DNA of 64,000 bases from an uncultured delta proteobacterium (GTDB lineage Bacteria; Myxococcota; Myxococcia; SLRQ01), in contig CAVSGM010000002.1 of the NCBI GenBank assembly GCA_963727485.1, positions 512,001 to 576,000 of the forward strand, in the 5' to 3' direction. Of this stretch, positions 45,141-55,653 are shown one piece after another (within the stretch, counting starts at the first letter, position 1; each line of letters starts with the position of its first letter). The notes beneath the pieces are model-generated. The model was given only the letters and a program-made list of their open reading frames with translations. It was not told the origin of the DNA and did no database searches. The position numbers and the translations under genes are program-made.

Positions 45141-46733
45141 ATGCTCGATACCATGCGCCAGCACCGGCGGAACCAGATCATGCGGATCATGGTCTGGGGC
45201 ATCTTCGCCGTCCTCATCTTCATCTTCGCCGTCTCCTTCGGCCCGGGCTCCTTCGCCCACCAGGGCTCCGGCGGGATGGGTACGGCCGCCCACGCGGCGG
45301 TGGTGAACGGCAACATCATCACCACCCGGGAGCTCGAGGAGGCCTACGGCAACTACGAGAACCGGTACAAGCAGTACACCGGGAAGGAGCTCGACCCGCA
45401 GATGGCCAAGGCCATGGGGATCAAGAAGCATATCCTCGACGACCTCATCAACCGCGAGCTGGTGGCCGAGCACGCCCAGCAGGCGGGCATCCGGGTCTCC
45501 GACAAGGAGCTGCGGGAGACCATCGAGGGGATGGCGGGCTTCCAGAGGGACGGGCACTTCGACGGCGCCTACTACAAGCGCTTCGTGTCCAACGTCCTGG
45601 GGACCTCGCCGGCGCGCTTCGAGTCCCAGGTGCGCAAGGACCTCCTCCACCAGCAGGTGATGGCGGCGCTGGCGGCGGACGTCCACGTGACCCCCGCCGA
45701 GGTGAAGCACCACTACGTGGAGAGCCACGACAAGGTGAACGTCGCCTACGTGCGCGTCTCGCCCATCGCCTTCGAGGCGAAGGTCGGGGCCCCCACCCCG
45801 GCCGAGGTCGCCAAGGTCCTCAAGGACCGCATGGACGACGTGAAGGCCTACTTCACCCGCAACAAGTTCAAGTACGACCGGCCCAAGAAGGTCCAGGCCC
45901 GGCACATCCTCATCAAGGTCCCCCACGACGCCACCGACGCCCAGCGCGCCGCGGCGAAGCAGAAGGCCCAGGGCATCCTCGCCCAGCTCCAGAAGGGCGC
46001 CGACTTCGCCAAGCTCGCCGCCGCCGACTCCGACGACACCGCCTCCAAGAAGCACGGTGGCGACCTGGGCTGGTTCGGCCCCGGGACCATGGTCAAGGCG
46101 CTCGACGACGCGGCGATGAGCGCCAAGAAGGGTGAGCTCTACCCCAAGGTCATCAAGACGGACATGGGCTACCACGTCCTCCAGGTCACCGGCGTCGAGC
46201 CGGCGGTCCACGAGACCCTCGACCAGGTGAAGCAGCAGATCGCCGTGACCCTCCTCAAGCGCGAGGCGGCGAAGAAGCTCGCCGGGACCAAGGCCCAGGA
46301 GCTCCTGGCCCAGGCCCGGGCCGGCAAGGCCCTCGACCAGCTCGCCCCCCCCGCCGACGACGGGGCCGGCAAGGATCCCGCCCACGGGGCCGGCGCCCCC
46401 GACCCGGAGATGGTCTCGGGGCAGACCGGTCTGGTGACCCTCCGCGGGGGCTACATCCCCGGCATCGGCCACGACCAGAAGCTCGCCAGCGCCATCGGCC
46501 ACCTCTCCACCAAGAGCCCGGTCCTCGACCACGTGGTGACCGTGGGCTCCGACGAGTACGTCATCAAGCTGGTGGAGCACCAGGCCCCGGACATGGCCGA
46601 CTTCGCCAAGCAGGAGAGCGAGCTGGCCACCCAGCTCAAGCAGCAGCGCGTCCGGGAGGTGCAGCAGGCGTGGGTGAAGAGCCTGCGCCAGGGCGCCGCC
46701 ATCCAGATCAACGACAAGGTGGTCAACAGCTAG
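45141..46733 (+). CDS. ppiD: PpiD/SurA-type parvulin chaperone
   Basis: N-terminal TM, AAVVNG SurA_N, ARHILI..., S.D..S...GGDLGWF, GYHVL. Confidence 0.82.
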   Translation: MLDTMRQHRRNQIMRIMVWGIFAVLIFIFAVSFGPGSFAHQGSGGMGTAAHAAVVNGNIITTRELEEAYGNYENRYKQYTGKELDPQMAKAMGIKKHILDDLINRELVAEHAQQAGIRVSDKELRETIEGMAGFQRDGHFDGAYYKRFVSNVLGTSPARFESQVRKDLLHQQVMAALAADVHVTPAEVKHHYVESHDKVNVAYVRVSPIAFEAKVGAPTPAEVAKVLKDRMDDVKAYFTRNKFKYDRPKKVQARHILIKVPHDATDAQRAAAKQKAQGILAQLQKGADFAKLAAADSDDTASKKHGGDLGWFGPGTMVKALDDAAMSAKKGELYPKVIKTDMGYHVLQVTGVEPAVHETLDQVKQQIAVTLLKREAAKKLAGTKAQELLAQARAGKALDQLAPPADDGAGKDPAHGAGAPDPEMVSGQTGLVTLRGGYIPGIGHDQKLASAIGHLSTKSPVLDHVVTVGSDEYVIKLVEHQAPDMADFAKQESELATQLKQQRVREVQQAWVKSLRQGAAIQINDKVVNS

Positions 46734-46757
46734 CCGCGGCCCCTCGCCCGGGCGTGG

Positions 46758-47405
46758 TCAGGGGGCCGGCCAGGCCGCCCGCGCCCGGGTCACCGCCGCC
46801 GCCACCGCCGACCGGGACTGGCCGGTGCGCTTCGCCGCCGCGGCCTCGGCCCGCGCCAGGTCGGCCCCCGCCCCCAGGGCCCGATCCACGGCGGTGAGGG
46901 CCCGGAGCTCGGTCACCGAGAAGGTCCCGCCGAGGTGCCGGGCCACGGCCTGGTAGCGGCGGGTCTTCCCCTCGCCGTCCCAGCCCCGGCCGTCGTCGGC
47001 GAGGACCAGGAGGCCCACCGGCCCCACCAGGTGGGTGAGATCGCCGGGAAAGGCCCGCACCCGCACCGCGTCGTAGGCCCGGCCGTCGGGGCTCCGCGCC
47101 GCGGCCTGGAGGGTGGCCTTCACCTCGTCGGCGGTGGTCGTCAGGGGCAGGGAGACCGCCAGGTCCAGCCGGGGCCGGGGCCCGCGGGGATCGAGGACCC
47201 GCCGGGAGAGGACGTGGACCGTCACCGGGGCCGGCAGGGGGGTCCCCGGGGGCACGGGGGCGTCGCCGGTGTGGGCGAAGGCCACGAAGTCCTTGGCCGC
47301 CTTCGCCGCCTGGGCCGCGGCGCCGGGTCGGGCGTCGGGGTCGTGGCACCCGGCCGGGGCCAGGAGGGCGAGGAGGGTGAGGACCGTGACGCAGGCCCGG
47401 GACAT
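46758..47405 (-). CDS. Hypothetical lipoprotein
   Basis: Signal peptide with LAPAGC lipobox; TAGGCT element 7 nt upstream of ATG. Confidence 0.6.
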   Translation of the reverse strand: MSRACVTVLTLLALLAPAGCHDPDARPGAAAQAAKAAKDFVAFAHTGDAPVPPGTPLPAPVTVHVLSRRVLDPRGPRPRLDLAVSLPLTTTADEVKATLQAAARSPDGRAYDAVRVRAFPGDLTHLVGPVGLLVLADDGRGWDGEGKTRRYQAVARHLGGTFSVTELRALTAVDRALGAGADLARAEAAAAKRTGQSRSAVAAAVTRARAAWPAP

Positions 47406-47465
47406 GGCCGCGAGCCTACCAGCGACCGGGGCCGAGGGGATTGGGGGCCGGCCCGGCGGCGCCGG

Positions 47466-48311
47466 TCAGGGGAGGAGCCGCCCCAGGGGCTCCCCGAGGC
47501 GCAGGGGCCGGCCCGGCTCGTCCAGGACCGCCCCGGCCTCGAAGGCGCCCGGGGGCAGCAGGAGGATCACCGTGGAGCCCATGTGGAAGATCCCCAGCTC
47601 CTCGCCCTTGGCCAGGGGCTTCGGGGGATCGTAGGTCCGGCGCCCGGGGTCGGTGCCGGCGTTGGACACGATGTCGTCGAAGCACATCTCGATGCGCCCG
47701 ACGCAGGTGGCGCCGACCATGGCCACGCACACCGGACCCACCCGGGTGCTAAGGAAGGTGAGGACCCGCTCGTTGACCGCGAAGAGGTCCTCGATCCGGG
47801 CCACGGACGGCGGGTTCACCGGCCACAGGGTCCCGGGGACGTGGAGCGCCTCGGTGACCCGGCCGTCCATCGGGGCGTGGACCCGGTGGTAGTTGAAGGG
47901 CGCCAGGTAGAGGGTGACGAAGGTCCCCCCCTCGTAGTCGGCGGCGTGGGCCTCGCCCCCGAGGAAGTCGGCGAGGCCATAGGGGCGGCCCTTGGCCTGG
48001 AGGAGCTGGCCGGCCTCGATGGGCCCCGAGGCGCCGACGGCGCCGTCGCAGGGGGAGACCAGGACCTCGTCGCCGGGGGCGATCTCCCGGGCGCCGGGCT
48101 TGAGGGTCCGGGTGAAGAAGGCGTCGAAGCGGTCGTACTCCTCGAGGGGCCGGGCGGCGTCTCCGACCTCCACCCCGTAGCGCCGGACGAACCAGCGGAC
48201 CACCGCCCGGTGGGCGACGGCGGGCAGCGGTGCCCGGGCGGCGGCCCCCACGGCCCGGGACAGGGCGTTCTTGGGGACGAGACGGAGGAAGGCGAGGGTC
48301 GCGTTCGACAT
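47466..48311 (-). CDS. psd: Phosphatidylserine decarboxylase proenzyme
   Basis: FFTR.LK, SPCDG, YLAP..YHR.H, NER, FHMGST self-cleavage site. Confidence 0.92.
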   Translation of the reverse strand: MSNATLAFLRLVPKNALSRAVGAAARAPLPAVAHRAVVRWFVRRYGVEVGDAARPLEEYDRFDAFFTRTLKPGAREIAPGDEVLVSPCDGAVGASGPIEAGQLLQAKGRPYGLADFLGGEAHAADYEGGTFVTLYLAPFNYHRVHAPMDGRVTEALHVPGTLWPVNPPSVARIEDLFAVNERVLTFLSTRVGPVCVAMVGATCVGRIEMCFDDIVSNAGTDPGRRTYDPPKPLAKGEELGIFHMGSTVILLLPPGAFEAGAVLDEPGRPLRLGEPLGRLLP

Positions 48312-48454
48312 GGGGTCGGGGCCGGGTGCGCCGGGTGGCGAGGCGCCCCGTCTCCTGGCACGCCCCGGCGCCCTGCGTCAAGCCCGTCCCCTGGGCCCGT
48401 CCCCCCGGCAACCCGTGTCCAGATGCCGGTTGAAGGTGTACGCTGGCGGCCTAC

Positions 48455-48853
48455 ATGGCCGACCCCTCCGTCACCATCCTCGTCATCGACGACGAGGAGA
48501 TCCTCCGCGTCCTCCTGGTCGACGTGCTCAGCCTCGCCGGCTACGAGGTGGAGGTGGCGTCGTCGGGCGAGGAGGCCCTGGAGCGCTTCGAGCCCGGCCG
48601 CTACCCGGTGGTGATCACCGACAACAACATGCCGGGGATCGACGGGCTGACGGTGCTCGAGGAGATCCAGCGCCGGGATCCCCTGGCCCAGGTCATCATG
48701 ATGACCGCCTATGGGAGCATCGACGTCTCGATGCGCGCCCACGAGCTCGGCGCCGCGGGCTACCTCCTCAAGCCCTTCGACGACATCGAGGTGGTCGTGG
48801 CCGAGGTCGCGCGGGTGCTCTCGCGACGCGAGAAGCAGCTCCGGATCCGGTGA
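48455..48853 (+). CDS. Single-domain response regulator receiver
   Basis: VIDDE, TDNNMPGIDG, MTAY, KPF. Confidence 0.9.
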   Translation: MADPSVTILVIDDEEILRVLLVDVLSLAGYEVEVASSGEEALERFEPGRYPVVITDNNMPGIDGLTVLEEIQRRDPLAQVIMMTAYGSIDVSMRAHELGAAGYLLKPFDDIEVVVAEVARVLSRREKQLRIR

Positions 48854-48902
48854 CCCCGCGCTGCCGGAGGCGTCCACCCCGGCTTTGGGATACGCTGATC
48901 CC

Positions 48903-50938
48903 ATGGAGCGCCTGGTCACCGCCCTCGCCATCCTGAGTGCTGCCACGGTCCTCGCCGCCGCCGGCTGGGTCGTGAACGAGGCCCGGCCCGGGGGGGCCGC
49001 CACGGGCCCACCGTCGCCACCGTCGGCCAGGCCGACGACGGAGTGAGCTGGCGACCGGCTGGGACGGGCACCTGGCGGACCGCCTCGCCGGGTCAGCCCC
49101 TGGCCGCCGGAGACGGGGTGCGGACCGCCGCCGGCGGCCGGGCGGTGGTCCACGAGGTGTCGGGCCTGGACCTCGCCCTCGGCCCGGCCACCCGGGTGGT
49201 CGTGGCGGCGCCGGAGACCGACCCCAGCGGGTCTTCGGTGGTGCCGGTGGAGATCGCCGCCGGCGAGGTGCGGGGCGTGCTGGGCACCGGCCCCACCCTG
49301 CCGGCGCTCCGGCTTGGCTTTCCCTCGAAGCACGTCGCCCGTCTCGGCCCCGCCGCCGGGAGCGGCCCCCTCCGCTATCGGGTTCGCGCGAGCCGCGGGG
49401 GCACCGAGGTGGCCATCCTCTCCGGCGCCGCCACCCTGCGCAGCGGCGGGCGGACCCTGTCCCTCGCCGCCGGCCAGGCCGCGGATCTCGGCGGCAACGA
49501 CGGCGCCCCGAAGGCCTTCCGCCTCCCGCCGGCCCCGGCGAGCGACGCGCCGGCCGTCGACGCCCGGCTGGATCTCTCGGACGCGAAGAAGCCGGCGGTG
49601 GACCTGGCATGGGCGGCGGTGCCCGGCGCCACCCGCTACCACCTGGAGCTCGCCCGGACCCCGGCCTTCCAGGCCCTCGTCGCGAACCGTCGGCCCCAGG
49701 CCCCCCACGTCACCTTCCGCCCCCGGGACACGGGGACCTTCGCCTGGCGGGTCGCCGCCCTCGACGCCGCGGGGCACGAGGGTGCCTTCGGCGAGGTCCG
49801 GCGCTTCACCGTCGCCGCCCTCCCGGGCCCCAAGGGCGCGACCCCGGCCCCGGCCACCGCGTCGAAGACCGGGCCGTCGTCGCCGCCGGTCCCCCTCCCC
49901 GCCCTGCCGCTGGCGCCGGCAGGCCGGAGGTCCCGGCTGGAGGCCACGGTCATCGGCGGAGGCCTCACCCGGCAGCCCGGGGGCCAGGGATCCGACCAGC
50001 CCCTCCGCGGCCGGGCGCGGCTGGGCCCCCATGACGTCCTCGCCGCCGGTCACAGCGCGGGCCTTCGAGTGGACCGGGGCCTGGTCCTCGGCCTCGAGGA
50101 GGGCAGTCGCCTCGAGGTGGAGGGGACGGGGCGCGACAAGCGGGGCCGGTTCCTCGCCCTCCACCTCCAGGAGGGGGCGGTCACCGTCGACCTCGGGACC
50201 CGCGGCGCCGTGCGAACCGTGTACCTGGAGAACGCCCACGCCCGGGTGGCCCTCGACGCCGACGCCGGCGGTGGCGCCCGGGTGCGGGCGAGCCAGCACC
50301 AGGGCACCCTGCGGGTCGTCGCCGAGCGCGGCACCGCCGAGGTCCTCGCCGGGGGCAAGGACGTGAAGCTCCCCGAGGGCCACGGCCTCCCGATCCCCGA
50401 CGGCGCCGCTCCCGGCGCCCTCGTCACCCTCCCGGACGCACCGCCCCTGGTCTCCCCTCGGCCCGGGGCCCGGTTCGCCGACGACGGCGCGCCGCCGGCC
50501 ATCGAGCTCTCGTGGCACCAGGTCGAGGGCGCCATCGGCTACCAGGTCCGCATCAGCTACGACCCCCAGGGCACCGCCGTGGCCTACCAGGGGCTCTCCC
50601 AGTCCACGACGCTCGTGGACACCGGCCTCGCCCCGGGCACCTACTTCTGGACGGTGCGGGCCCTCGACCCCCGGGGGTTCAGCAGCGCCGCCGCCCCGGC
50701 GAGGCGCCTGATGGTCACCCGGCCGGTCGCGGCGAGGCCGGCGTCTGGGGCCGCGGCCCCGACGGCCGCCGGCGCGGCGAAGGCCGAACCTGCCTCCCCC
50801 ACCGCAAAGCCCGCCGCGCCCAAGGCGAAGCCGGCCGCGCCCACGGCGAAGCCGACCGCGCCCACGGCGAAGCCCACCGCCGCGAAGACGAAGCCCACCG
50901 GATCACCCGCGAAGGCCCCGGCGCCCGCCGCGCCCTGA
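48903..50938 (+). CDS. Membrane-anchored protein with tandem FecR-like/FN3-like modules (frameshift in G7 run 48990-48996)
   Basis: TM from ATG 48903; one extra G joins it to W......L..GD.VRT FecR-like and W..V.GA..Y...Y.W.V.ALD FN3-like units, each occurring twice. Confidence 0.65.
50797..50901 (+). repeat. 21-bp imperfect tandem repeat (PTAKPAA-type heptads)
   Basis: PTAKPAA PKAKPAA PTAKPTA PTAKPTA AKTKPTG. Confidence 0.75.
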
Positions 50939-51042
50939 TCCCCCCGGCCCGCCGCCCCGGCGTTGACCGCTCTCGGGCCGTTGGGCTACCAATGGCGCTT
51001 CGTCTACCCGGGCCTAGGCCCCGCCTCGCAGAGGAGCACCCC

Positions 51043-51999
51043 ATGCACCCACTGCTCAAGACCCTGCTCGTCGTCGTCCTCGTCGGCGGCGTCGGCTTCG
51101 GGGCCATCTACTACTACAAGCAGACCACCACCCGGACCCAGTACACCGAGCGGATGGACTCCCTGGAGCAGCAGTGGACCTCCCGGCTGGGCTCGGTGCA
51201 GTCGATCACCGACCCGGCCCGCTACCAGGAGGAGATGGGGCACCTGCTCAAGTGGTACTTCTCCGAGCTCCAGGACATCCACAACCGCTTCCCCACCCTC
51301 TCGGATCCCGACGCCGGGTGGAAGTCGATTGAGAAGCGGGTCGCCGCCGGGCACATCCCCAAGGACCGGGTGGCCGAGTACAAGGAGTTCTACGAGTACG
51401 CCAAGAAGGCGTTCACCACCCTGCAGAACGGCGACTACCAGCCCAACCCCTCGGGGAGCGCCGCGTCCATGCACATGGACATCTACTCGATGAAGCCGGT
51501 GAGCTACCAGGGCGTGCCCCGGATCCGCATCGACTTCGCCCTCTGGGGGGCGCCGCACCGCATCGAGAAGGACGCCAACGCCGCGGGGGTGGTCACCAGG
51601 AAGATCACGGTGCCCATCAGCTTCGCCAAGATGTTCTTCCAGTTCATCGGCGCCGACGGGAAGGTCTACGGCGAGATGACCGGCTCGAGCGGTGAGCCCA
51701 CCATGAAGATCCAGGACCCGGGCCGCTGGGTCCCGGGCTTCCCGCCCGGCGCCGTCCTCGGGACCTGGTGGGTCGATCCCTTCCCCGACCAGGCCGCCAA
51801 GGCGGTGTGGGAGCTCGAGCTCACCGGCCGCACCGACGCCGGCAACCCCATCGACGCCCACTACAAGTGGGAGCTCGACGTCCCCGACGCCTGGAAGAGC
51901 ACCACCTGGCAGAAGGGCGCCGCCGAGCAGGTCCGCGACAAGGCCTACATCGACCACCCCGCCGACGGCACCACCGCGGCGGCCGGCGCCAAGCACTAG
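51043..51999 (+). CDS. Hypothetical protein with N-terminal TM
   Basis: GAGGAG SD, strong codon bias, single TM followed by a soluble domain. Confidence 0.78.
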   Translation: MHPLLKTLLVVVLVGGVGFGAIYYYKQTTTRTQYTERMDSLEQQWTSRLGSVQSITDPARYQEEMGHLLKWYFSELQDIHNRFPTLSDPDAGWKSIEKRVAAGHIPKDRVAEYKEFYEYAKKAFTTLQNGDYQPNPSGSAASMHMDIYSMKPVSYQGVPRIRIDFALWGAPHRIEKDANAAGVVTRKITVPISFAKMFFQFIGADGKVYGEMTGSSGEPTMKIQDPGRWVPGFPPGAVLGTWWVDPFPDQAAKAVWELELTGRTDAGNPIDAHYKWELDVPDAWKSTTWQKGAAEQVRDKAYIDHPADGTTAAAGAKH

Positions 52000-52012
52000 A
52001 GCCCCGACCGGG

Positions 52013-53095
52013 TTACCGTTCGGTGCTCTGGAGCCCGGCGAGGGCCTCGAAGCCGGCTACGAGCTCGGCCTCGGCCCCGCAGAGGGCCAGGCGCACCCGG
52101 GTGTCGTCCCCGAAGTAGGCCCCGGGGACCACCAGGGTGCCCGTCTCCTCGAGGAGGCGCTCGGCGAGGGCGGTGCCCGTCCCCAGGCCGGCCGGCACCT
52201 GGGGGAAGGCGACGCAGGGGACGTCCGAGGTCACCGCCGACCACTCGGGGTGCGCCGCGAGGAAGGCGGCGAGGCGGGCCCCGGCGCCGGCGAGGTGGCG
52301 GCGCGTGGCCTCGAGGATCCGGTCGGCGCCGGGCCCCTCGAGGAGGGCCGCGGCGAAGGACCACCCGGGCTCGAAGGCCCCGGGGTTGAAGTGGTCGGTG
52401 GCAGCCCGGAGGCGCTCGGCCAGCGGCGCCGGAGCCAGGGCCCAGCCCGCCCGCAGCGCCGAGAGCCCGTAGGCCTTGGTGAGGCTCCCGGTGGCGATCA
52501 CCGGGCCGTCGGGGTCGAAGGCCGTGGGCCAGGGCTCGGCCGCCGCCTCCCGGTAGACCTCGTCCACCAGGACCGTGGTCCCCTGCGCCGCCGCCCGTGC
52601 CACCAGGGCGCGGAGGCGCTCGGGGGCGAGGCGCACCCCGGTGGGGTTGTGGGGATCGGTGAGGACCAGGAGCTTCGGGGCAGCCGCGAGGACCGGGTCG
52701 TCGGGGTCGGGCTGCCAGCCCTCCTCGGGCCGCCGGGCCAGGGGACGGATCCGGGCGCCGAGGGCCGTCGCCGTGTCCGCCAGCGGCCCGTAGGCCGGGT
52801 GCTCGATGACCACCTCGTCCCCGGGCTCGAGGAGGGCCGCCATGGCCAGGAAGTTGCCGCCGGTGGTCCCGGCGCCGGCGACGACCGACGCGGGATCGAC
52901 CCCCTGACGCGCCGCCACCGCCGCCTCCAGGCGCGCGCGCCCCTGGGGGAAGCCGCCGAGGATCCCCACCGGGTCGAGGGGCACCGAGGCCAGGAGCTCC
53001 GGCGCCGGCGGGGGCATCCCCGAGCTGGCCAGGGAGTGGCGGGTGCGCCCGAAGGCGGCGCGGATCCAGCGCAGGTAGGCGACCTCGCCGAGCAT
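52013..53095 (-). CDS. PLP-dependent aminotransferase class I/II
   Basis: PHNPTG, VDEVY, SLTKAYGLSALRAGW. Confidence 0.88.
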   Translation of the reverse strand: MLGEVAYLRWIRAAFGRTRHSLASSGMPPPAPELLASVPLDPVGILGGFPQGRARLEAAVAARQGVDPASVVAGAGTTGGNFLAMAALLEPGDEVVIEHPAYGPLADTATALGARIRPLARRPEEGWQPDPDDPVLAAAPKLLVLTDPHNPTGVRLAPERLRALVARAAAQGTTVLVDEVYREAAAEPWPTAFDPDGPVIATGSLTKAYGLSALRAGWALAPAPLAERLRAATDHFNPGAFEPGWSFAAALLEGPGADRILEATRRHLAGAGARLAAFLAAHPEWSAVTSDVPCVAFPQVPAGLGTGTALAERLLEETGTLVVPGAYFGDDTRVRLALCGAEAELVAGFEALAGLQSTER

Positions 53096-53102
53096 CGCGG
53101 CG

Positions 53103-54338
53103 TCAGCGCCGGAGGGTGAAGGTGAGGCCCGCGCCTCCGGGGCCCACCGGGAGGACGCTCACCTTCGCCGGCGGCGCCGAGGGGCCGCTGGCGACGTCGA
53201 AGACCAGGGCCCCGCCCCCGGCGGCGGCGAGGACGCCCCCGGCGACGAAGAGGACGTTGGCCATCGTCTCCTGGGTGGTCATGGCCTTCCAGTCCGCGGC
53301 GTCGGCGGCGGTGGGCCCCCCGTTCTGTTGGAAGCGGGTGGAGAGGGTCTTGGCCGTGCCCTGGGCCTGGAGCCCGAAGTAGGCCCCCACCCCGGCGGCG
53401 ATGGCCCCGGCGCCCAGCAGCCCCACCCCGGTCCACCGGAGGGCGTGGGACGGGGCCTCGACCTCGGCCACGGGCGGCGGCGTGAGCCCGGCGATGGCCG
53501 CGGTATCCGCGCCGGGTCCCGAGGCGGCCGCGTCCTGGTCGCCGTCGGCCTTGGTCCGGGCGCCCTTCCCGGCCCTGGCGCCCGGCCCCGACGCCGCCAC
53601 CAGGGGCGGCGACGGCATCTGCTGGTAGATGACCCCGGAGACGGCGCTCCCGGCGAGATCGATGGTGACCACCGTGGTCCGCTGGAAGCGCACCTCGACG
53701 AACTTGTCGAAGTCGCTGTACCCGGTCTTGAGGATCTTCAGGGCGTGGCGCCCCGGGGCGAGCCCGGTGATGGGGTGCGCCAGCGGCGTCTGCCCGCGGT
53801 CCTGGCCGTCGATCTGCACCTCGGCGCCCGCCACCGGGCACTTCACCCGGATGCTGCCCACGTAGAGGTCGGGCCGGAGCAGCTCGTAGGCGGTGCGGGT
53901 GATGCCGTCGATGAGGACCTCGCGCTTGCCGCCCACCGACTCCGAGGCCCGCTGGACCACCTTCCCGTCGGCGGCCGACACCGCCCGGAGGGTGATGGTG
54001 TAGCGGTCGCCGAGGCCGCCGACGGCCCCGTAGATCACCAGGTCCGCGTGGAGGCGCTGTCCGAGGGTGGCCAGGCAGCCGGCCTTGCCCCCGCAGTGGA
54101 GGGGTACGCCGCCGTCCTTGCCGTCGATGGCCGCGCGCACCCGGGCGGCGGGGATCGCCCTGACCCCCGGGACCCGCTTCACCGAGGCCCGGAGGATGTC
54201 CTCGAGGCGGGCCACGGTGTCGGCGTCGAGGCCCAGCGACCGGAGGGGATGCACCGCCACCCGCTGGGGCTTCGCCGGCGCCTTCGCCAGGGCCACCGCC
54301 GGTGCCAGGAGGACCGCCAGGAGGATCGCGCGGCGCAC
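53103..54338 (-). CDS. PEGA-domain secreted protein
   Basis: Signal peptide, GAEVQIDG...GQTPL...PGRH.L...K.GY PEGA motif, C-terminal hydrophobic hairpin and beta strand. Confidence 0.8.
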   Translation of the reverse strand: MRRAILLAVLLAPAVALAKAPAKPQRVAVHPLRSLGLDADTVARLEDILRASVKRVPGVRAIPAARVRAAIDGKDGGVPLHCGGKAGCLATLGQRLHADLVIYGAVGGLGDRYTITLRAVSAADGKVVQRASESVGGKREVLIDGITRTAYELLRPDLYVGSIRVKCPVAGAEVQIDGQDRGQTPLAHPITGLAPGRHALKILKTGYSDFDKFVEVRFQRTTVVTIDLAGSAVSGVIYQQMPSPPLVAASGPGARAGKGARTKADGDQDAAASGPGADTAAIAGLTPPPVAEVEAPSHALRWTGVGLLGAGAIAAGVGAYFGLQAQGTAKTLSTRFQQNGGPTAADAADWKAMTTQETMANVLFVAGGVLAAAGGGALVFDVASGPSAPPAKVSVLPVGPGGAGLTFTLRR

Positions 54339-54344
54339 CCGGGC

Positions 54345-55604
54345 CTACTCCTGGGCGAAGGGGGTGAGCTTGGCGGCGAGCTCGGTCCGGACCCCGGAGA
54401 GCTCCTCGTTGGTGAGCCGCAGCCGCTCCGAGAGGACCTGGAGGAACGCCCAGAGGAGCTTCACCGCGAGCAGCGCGTCCTTGCGCATGAGCGCGAAGAA
54501 GTTCTGGCGGTCGATGACCATCAGGGTGGTGTCCTCGGCGGCGGCGACGGTCGCCGAGCGCGGGGCGTTGTCGATGAGGGCCATCTCGCCGAAGTGGCTC
54601 CCGGGGCCGAGCTGGGCCACCGAGACCTCGCCCTTGACCACCTCGGCCTTGCCCCGGAGGATGACGAAGAGCTCGTCGCCGACGCCGCCCTCCTCGACGA
54701 TGCGCTCACCCTCGGACACCCGCCGGGACTTCACGATGGACAGGAGCTGGATGAGCTCCTTGTACTTGAGGTGCCGGAAGAGCGGGATGCGGCGCAGGAC
54801 GTCCATCCGCGCCTCGACCTCGGCCTTCTCCGGGGCCTGGGCCGCCCCCTCGACCTCGACCACCAGGGCGGTGATGTTGTCCTTGCCCCCGCGGTGGTTG
54901 GCGAGCTGGATGAGCTTGTCCGGCAGGGCGGCCCCGTCGGCGGCGCCCATGAACTTGGCCCACTCGTCGTCCTTCACGTAGCCCGAGAGGCCGTCGGAGC
55001 ACAGCAGGAAACGATCGCCCGGGAGGAGGTCCGTCAGCAGGGTGTCGACCTGCACCGACTCCTGGTAGCCCACCGAGCGGGTGATGACGTTGGCAAACGC
55101 CGCCCGCTCGGCCTCCTCCTTGGTGATCAGGCCCTGCTTGAGCTGGGCGTTGACCAGGGTGTGGTCCTCGGTGAGCTGGTGGGCCTGGCCGTTGCGCAGG
55201 AGGTAGACCCGGCTGTCGCCCACGTGGCCCACGATGGCCTTGGGCCCGGCGCGGAGGATCATCACCGTGGTGGTGCCCATGCCCCGCTTCTCGGGGCTCT
55301 CCTGGGCCATGGCGAAGATCTCGCCACAGGCGGTCTGCACCGCCTTCTCGGCCAGGTGCTGGCACTTGTCCCGGAGGTCGAAGTCCGCCGGGTCCGCGGC
55401 GTAGGAGGCGAGGAGCGCCTGGTGCTCGGCGACCACCCGGCGGATCACCTCCACCGCCTTGGCGCTGGCGACCTCCCCGGCGGCGTGGCCGCCCATGCCG
55501 TCGGCGACGACGTAGAGACCCAGGTCGTCGTCCGCCAGGTAGGCGTCCTCGTTGTGCTTCCGCTTGCGACCGACATCGGTGACACCGAAGGCCTGGACCT
55601 GCAT
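54345..55604 (-). CDS. PP2C/PPM Ser/Thr phosphatase fused to a cyclic-nucleotide-binding domain
   Basis: G..R..NED, ADGMGGH, HVGDSR, CSDGL, GGKDN; C-terminal FGEMAL....RSATV. Confidence 0.92.
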   Translation of the reverse strand: MQVQAFGVTDVGRKRKHNEDAYLADDDLGLYVVADGMGGHAAGEVASAKAVEVIRRVVAEHQALLASYAADPADFDLRDKCQHLAEKAVQTACGEIFAMAQESPEKRGMGTTTVMILRAGPKAIVGHVGDSRVYLLRNGQAHQLTEDHTLVNAQLKQGLITKEEAERAAFANVITRSVGYQESVQVDTLLTDLLPGDRFLLCSDGLSGYVKDDEWAKFMGAADGAALPDKLIQLANHRGGKDNITALVVEVEGAAQAPEKAEVEARMDVLRRIPLFRHLKYKELIQLLSIVKSRRVSEGERIVEEGGVGDELFVILRGKAEVVKGEVSVAQLGPGSHFGEMALIDNAPRSATVAAAEDTTLMVIDRQNFFALMRKDALLAVKLLWAFLQVLSERLRLTNEELSGVRTELAAKLTPFAQE

Positions 55605-55610
55605 GGGGCG

Positions 55611-55639
55611 ACTCTAGCCGGGGGGGATGGACGGGTCAA
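55611..55639 (-). promoter_or_regulatory. sigma70-type leaderless promoter of the PP2C-cNMP gene
   Basis: TTGACC-N17-TAGAGT-N6-ATG. Confidence 0.65.
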
Positions 55640-55653
55640 CGCGACGACGCGCG

